From: Chrysomallon squamiferum
Taxonomy: Eukaryota; Animalia; Mollusca
NCBI GenBank assembly: GCA_012295275.1
Contig: CM022674.1
Coordinates: 12,276,001 to 12,340,000, forward strand
Reading direction: 5' to 3'
Length of the DNA: 64,000 nucleotides
Below are positions 52,265-64,000 of this stretch, piece by piece. How positions within the stretch are numbered: the stretch's first letter is position 1; the number at the start of each line of letters is the position of its first letter. The notes beneath the pieces were generated by a model, which searched no databases, was not told the origin of the DNA, and saw only the letters and a program-made list of their open reading frames with translations. A program made the position numbers and the translations under genes.

Positions 52265-54579
52265 GTGGGGAATCTTTTATCCCATAGACACAAATTAACA
52301 TAATGTATATTTTATAAGGGAGTGTGGTTAGAATGGGAAAAAACTGAGCATTGATTACTGTATTTTGTCTGCTGTCTCCTAGGAGCTTTAGAGCATTGCA
52401 CAGGTCTTGTATGATTTTCCTTGTTTTTAAAAAAGTATTTAATTGTTTGTAAATGTCTGTAACATAGCGATGAAAACTGGTTCTGGGTTTACATGGTTGC
52501 AGTATTATTTGGATGTATTATTATTATCATGGTATTTCCTTTGTTAGAAAATTTGCATATCTTTGTTTTCTATCTTTGTTATTAAGCTCATTTCATGAAT
52601 GTTTTTGTTTTACATACATATATATACATACCTGTATGAATCTCTTGAATATGTTTATAAAAGTATACAAGGTACTTACCTGTTTAAATAGTATTGATAA
52701 AGTATATAAATATTAAACTTTCTTCTGTATGATTTGACATATATTTCTCATGCATTTCTGTTTGTATTTTTCTTCTTCTTTTTTTATTTTTGAATTTAAT
52801 ATTGATACAGTATATCATTTAAATAATATTTCACTGTATTTAAACTGTCATATGAATCAGATAATGAATATCAATAGAAAGTATTCTTCTTTTTTTTTCT
52901 TTCTTTTTTCCCCTTCGGTACTGTTTTTCCTTCATTATAATTTTTAAAGAAGAGAATTACCAAATTATTTACCTTATTATGAAAAGAAAAAATAAGTACT
53001 GGTTATAAATTTAGAGATGCACATTTCAGGCACATTTTAAGACTTTTTTAAACACTAAAGTTTATATATATTTGCATATTTAATATTTTATTGAATAAGA
53101 TTGACTTTAAAATTTGAATGTTTGGAAAAAAAATATGGAGATAAAATCATAATTTGACTGAATTAACATCATAGGGTTGATATATAAAGATTTATTTTAA
53201 AGTCTGGACAAATCTAAATATGCTTCCAATTTCTTGCATTTATTTTCCATTTTATTTTTTAATCTCTCTCTATATATATCTATATATATATATATATGAA
53301 CTTGTTGTATATGCCATATGGCAAATTCCATTTGTTTCTTAATATTTTTTCACTTGTAACACTATTGTTGAAATATTTACAAGTATTCTATTTTCTGCAT
53401 GCCATTTCAACTATTAGCTGTCATAAAATAAAATGCCATTGTCTTAACAATTCATGTGTTGTTGTTTTTACAATTAGTGTTTTCCTTGCTGTATCTGTAA
53501 TTACAGAAATAACGTAAAATTCATGTTTGTCATTTTTATAATAATTTTTCTTTCCTGCATCAATAACAACAATGAACAAAAAGTATTTGTATATTAATGG
53601 TTTGTTAAAGTTTTTTTTTATATATATAGAGAGAGAGAAAAAAGTGTCAATCTCTTACAAATACTTTTTGTTCATTGTTGTTATTGATGCAGCAAAAAAA
53701 TATATATATATAAATTTAAAAAAATCATTGCATAGTAATAGAAATTAAAGATAAAACTAATATATAGGTACAGAAAGAATTTGAAAATTATTTAGGGATA
53801 GATGAAAATTTTTAAATTTATAAACTACTCTTACAGATTAACTCTTTTAACAAAATTAATGCAAAACTCAATCATTTATGTTAATTTTACAGAATCTTGT
53901 TGCTTTGTATAAGATTTTAGTCCATTTTCAATTTTTGGTTTAACATAAAAACATTTAAATACATTTTCTGTGTGAAAAATTATACCCTTTTTATTATTAT
54001 TTAATTTTTTTTTTACGTGAAAACAAAAAATTTGCAAAAAAAGAGCATTAACAAAATATTTTATTAAAATGATGAAAAATTATAATTTGATTGGCAGTAA
54101 ATACGAATATTTAAATATACAAAACCAGATTTTAATATTAATCATTATTTGTTGTTAATTGTATATATCATGAGCTGTTCTTATCAGTTAGCAGCAAACA
54201 TTCTTTTCAACACACAGCACAGCACCTTCCATGATTTCTGCTAAACAAGAAACACATCTGCTGTCTCCACTTAACCAGTACTGAGAGAAAACAAAGCAGT
54301 GAATCCAAAACTGCTGTTAGCAATTTCTCAAAATACCAAATGACATGTTATCTCAAAAATAAATCTAGAATGTAGAATTATAAATATGAATCAAAGTAAG
54401 CTGGTGAGGGAAATTTCACAAAATCTGTAAACGATTGTATCCCAAATATAATCTAATTAGTTTCTGTCAAGAACAAACATGCTTCTTTCTCAAAAAATTG
54501 TTTTGAAAAAATGAATCCAAATTTTTGGAGTAATTCTAAATGAAAGATCTTCTATTAAATAACATCTGAACAACACAGT

Positions 54580-54905
54580 CTAAAGTCTAATTTTATAACT
54601 TTGTGAATCTAATGGAATTTGATCTTCAGCTCCCCACCGGAAACCTGTGATAATGTAAGCAAAGTACAGTGAAAACGCCAACAATCCCAGGACCAGCAAA
54701 GTGATGTTTTTGCCCCCAAGTTCACAATAAAACTCGTGCCAGATGCTTGGCAGTGTTGTCATCTGACCAGTCACAATGTAGCGAGAGGGCAGAGAACCCG
54801 ACTGTTCACATTTTTCTAACACAGTGAAAAGATCGACTACATCTTTGTCAACTCCTCGTCTACTGGCAAGCTGCTTTGGTGTCAGACCGATGTTATTACT
54901 GAAAA

Positions 54906-54944
<39 letters not shown>

Positions 54945-55932
54945 ATGACAACAAAAAGAAGTTTCAAAATATGAAATAAATGTAAACTGATATTTATTAT
55001 GATGAACTATCTCTAACAGTGTATCCATAAAAACAAAAAAAAAGATATATATTTGTATATTAATGGTTTTTTGTTAAAGTTTCTTTTTGTATCCTCAGTA
55101 ACACTATAGTTTGCTATAGTTGCTACCCAGCTGATTATCTCCCTTCCACGAGAATTAAAAAAACAAAACAAAAACAAAACGAATTACATTGGCAACGTCA
55201 TTCAGGCAACAACAACAAAAAGCCCTGGCTATTCTAACAAACTGAAAGTTTATTTGAAGGAAAATCCTGTTAGTATCAAGATATGAATGGCTACACAAAT
55301 AGCAGAATTCACCACACAATATTACAATCCTTGTTGTTTCTTCTTTTTAAACAATAATACTAATTGTCCCTAATATAATTTTGTAAAACAAAATGTTCCT
55401 TTATCTCTAATTTGATATAACCTCTATTTTCAATGGCAGTGAAACAACAAAGTAACAAATTCGAGTTTATCCAAATTTTAATAAAAGAAATATGAATGAG
55501 ATGATTTGTTTAATACCGAAAATGTTTTAATCTATAGTTATACTGCATCCTGATACAAGTAAACAATTAAGACAGGCATATAAATAAAATTTGGAATAAA
55601 ATGAGTTACCGAGTTTTTACACTTGCTCCAAATTCAACTAGAATTTTAATTGATTCTTCATGTCCACACCAATGAAGTGGCGTGTTACCGTGCTTATCTA
55701 ATTTATTCACGTCTGCACCTTCCTCAAGAAGAAGTCTGATGATATCAGGATTTCCTCGAATGGCTGCTACATGTAACAGTGAGCGTCCAACACTATCGCA
55801 CTCGTTAACATTGCATGTTCCTTTTTTCAGAGCATTCTGAACATGCGTAAAATCGTTTTCTAATATCCCGTCACGAAGTTCATGTCCTTTTTCCATGCTG
55901 TCTAACCAGAAAATAAAATCGACATTCTCCAT
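54580..55932 (-). CDS. ANKRD46: Ankyrin repeat protein with C-terminal TM, ~213 aa, 2 exons
   Basis: Exons 55932-55610 and 54898-54580. Motifs GRSLLHVAAIRGN, GNTPLHWCGH, GLTPKQLASRRGVDKDVV and LLAFSLYFAYIITG resemble ANKRD46 as I recall it (GNTALHLCGH, LAKRRGVNKDVI, SLGIAYYVSG). Confidence 0.85.
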
Positions 55933-56461
55933 TCATTATTTTACCGAAAATCTGTTTTACAATATCTCGTTATTCTAAAAAAAAAAAAAAAAAAAAACCA
56001 AAACTTGCGTCCTTTAATATGTCAAATATTTCCTGATCGGAACCGGAAATACCGAAGAAGGTAAAAAAATAAAAATAATAAAAAATAAAAATGAAAATAC
56101 AAATAAAATAATATAAAAATCAATATAATATAATATAATATAATATAATACAATATGTGTGTATATAATATAATATAATATAATATAATATAATATAATA
56201 TAATAATACAATAAATAAATAAATAATAAAAAATAACCATAACTAATTATGACCAAATTGAACATTAATCACGTTATCAAACTCATTAATACTGAATATT
56301 TTCTTTCAAGTGATCAGCTATAATTTATGATAAAATTAACAATTTACACATCAGCAGATTATGGCTGTTAAACAGAATCACAATTATAATTTCGTTTTCA
56401 AATTATTTTCTCTTTTTTCTTTCTTTCTTTCTCCCCCTCGATATTGAGGGTACTATCATTG

Positions 56462-56517
<56 letters not shown>

Positions 56518-56900
56518 CTGTGTAAGTTTTGTAATAGTATTCTCTTTTAATGAAATATGGGACATAATGTATTAAGTCTCATATATTGGGGACGAAAAAT
56601 TTAGTTGATCTTTAGGGCATGGTCGCTAATGACATTTTCATTTATAAAATATAAATTAATGCAATAAATTTTAAAATGAATATGTACATCATCAGAGTAT
56701 CTAAACGCCTTTAGAAAATGTGAAACTTTTATTTTCTAAAGTATTTGATAAATAACCGAATTTATGTTTCTTTAATTATCCTAAGCGGCCATGTATTTGG
56801 AGTGAAAAATCGACTGCTCTCGGAGGTGTCAACATGTTTACGTTTTTGAGTTGGCAGTGCTTTACATACTGACCAATTATGTGTTTGATTTTAAGACATC
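55933..56900. promoter_or_regulatory. Probable bidirectional promoter between ANKRD46 (-) and TMEM185 (+)
   Basis: Start codons are head-to-head, ~970 bp apart. Tandem ETS-like CGGAACCGGAAA at ~56038, and local CpG at both ends. Confidence 0.5.
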
Positions 56901-62397
<5,497 letters not shown>

Positions 62398-64000
62398 AGA
62401 TACTCATGAAATTAGAATTAGAACAGCAAAATGATGTTTTTTTGACACATCTACTCTGGTTTCTTTAACCTGGTGACAAATGGTTCGAGGTGAAGAAAGT
62501 TCTTAGTTTGTTAGTGGTTGTTAACAGATAAAGTGTGCTTATAAAATGTAGGAAAATGTGAAATTCATTTTTATTTTTTTATTTTTTATTTGTGTGTTAC
62601 TAAGATATCTATGTAACACCTGTGTGGATATAGCTCACCACTGTTAAAAGTTACCTGTTGATTTTTTAAAAATTTATTTAAAAGATTTTAGAGGGCCTAC
62701 CTGTTTTCAAAAATATTTTTTTAAGCCAATCTTTATAATATATATATTTTTTTTTTTAAATATTATCATCATTACTAGTAATTTTATTAAATGACTAAAG
62801 AAGAAAATAATTTAGACCAGAACCCAACAATTCTCAATAGTTACATGTGAAACAAGTTTTGATACTCCAGTATTTAAATTTTAGATTGCTTGAGTTTGTG
62901 ACAGTGAATAATATAAACAAATTTATGGTTATAATATTTTGCTTCATTCACTATTTTGCTTCATTCACAGGGGGAAAATTTAATAACCAATAATGACAAT
63001 TTTTATAGCAAAAAAAAGTACAAGACAGACATTCAAAATTTGTAAGTCTAATAAGAGATGTACAGATAGACGTGTTTTGTTTTATATATATTTATAATTT
63101 TATTTACTTTTTATTACAGTTTTTATTTCTTTTCTTTAAAACATTTATTGTTATTATTAATTAATGTCACTCTTTAAAATTATTTATTTATTTTCATGTT
63201 TTTATTGTTATTATATAATGATGATTAAAATTGTTATTGTTATTATTATTTATTATTATATTTTATTTATTTGCTAAAATGACATTGTAAAGTCAGTTAA
63301 GAAACCCTGTTATAATGAAGATTAATATTATTATTAGTTATTACTTTTCTTTATTATTTATTTTATTTTTTTGATATTGTTAAAAATTAATATACATTTT
63401 TTTTAATTATCATTATTATTAAATAATATTCATTCTTAAATTATTATTAATAATTAATTCATATTTTTAGTTCATACAAAATCCAGGTAATGTCAAACAT
63501 GAAACCCATTGTCATAATTTTACATAAAAGACACAAGAAATGATTACAGTACAATAAAAATAGACTAAAATAAATATACAAATAACATTAAAATCAAAAA
63601 ACTTTATTTACATTTTTGCTGCAACAAGTTTGTATTATTCTGTGTGTGAGTGTGTGTCTATGTGTAATAATATTTGCTATAATTAGCTTCACAGCACAAA
63701 ATAATGTGTGATATTTTGTTTTTAAGTATTTTTTGCATGTAGATTTTACTCTACAAAACATTCAGATTTAGCTGACGCAAACAGTGTGATATATAAATGA
63801 TACTGATCCATTAGTAGAAAAACAATGATTTACTTTTTATATTGAGGATATACATAAACAATTTCATGCCATACACATTTTTAATAAATATATTGATAGA
63901 TCAATTATAAGAAAATACCTAAGAAAAAATAATTTTCTTTTTATATGAGGTCATACATATTATCATGCAGTATCTATTTTACATGCCGAGACTTTTTTTT

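Overview
AT-rich, microsatellite-rich animal genomic DNA with GT-AG introns; a mollusc or other lophotrochozoan origin is my inference only. Exons were assembled by hand using splice sites and phase, and most ORF-track entries are spurious. Contents in order: two divergent tandem paralogous type-I membrane genes on the minus strand (signal peptide, Cys-rich unknown domain, 1 or 2 TSP1-like domains, TM, tail; 899-6026 and 9237-14102); FTSJ1/Trm7 (+, 14778-21616); a gene-poor, CpG-richer gap (22-32 kb); PUS3/Deg1 (+, 32139-46775); ANKRD46 (-, 54580-55932); and TMEM185 (+, 56901-62397). The best lead is inside PUS3 intron 1: two same-strand coding exons encode a GCM/WRKY-like Cys/His domain, and a phase-0 donor after 36134 could splice them in frame to PUS3 exon 2. 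The window also has a decayed Tc1 transposase, two copies of a TA-flanked MITE, and several minisatellites that start at splice donors, including about 12 tandem copies of a FTSJ1 exon/donor junction.
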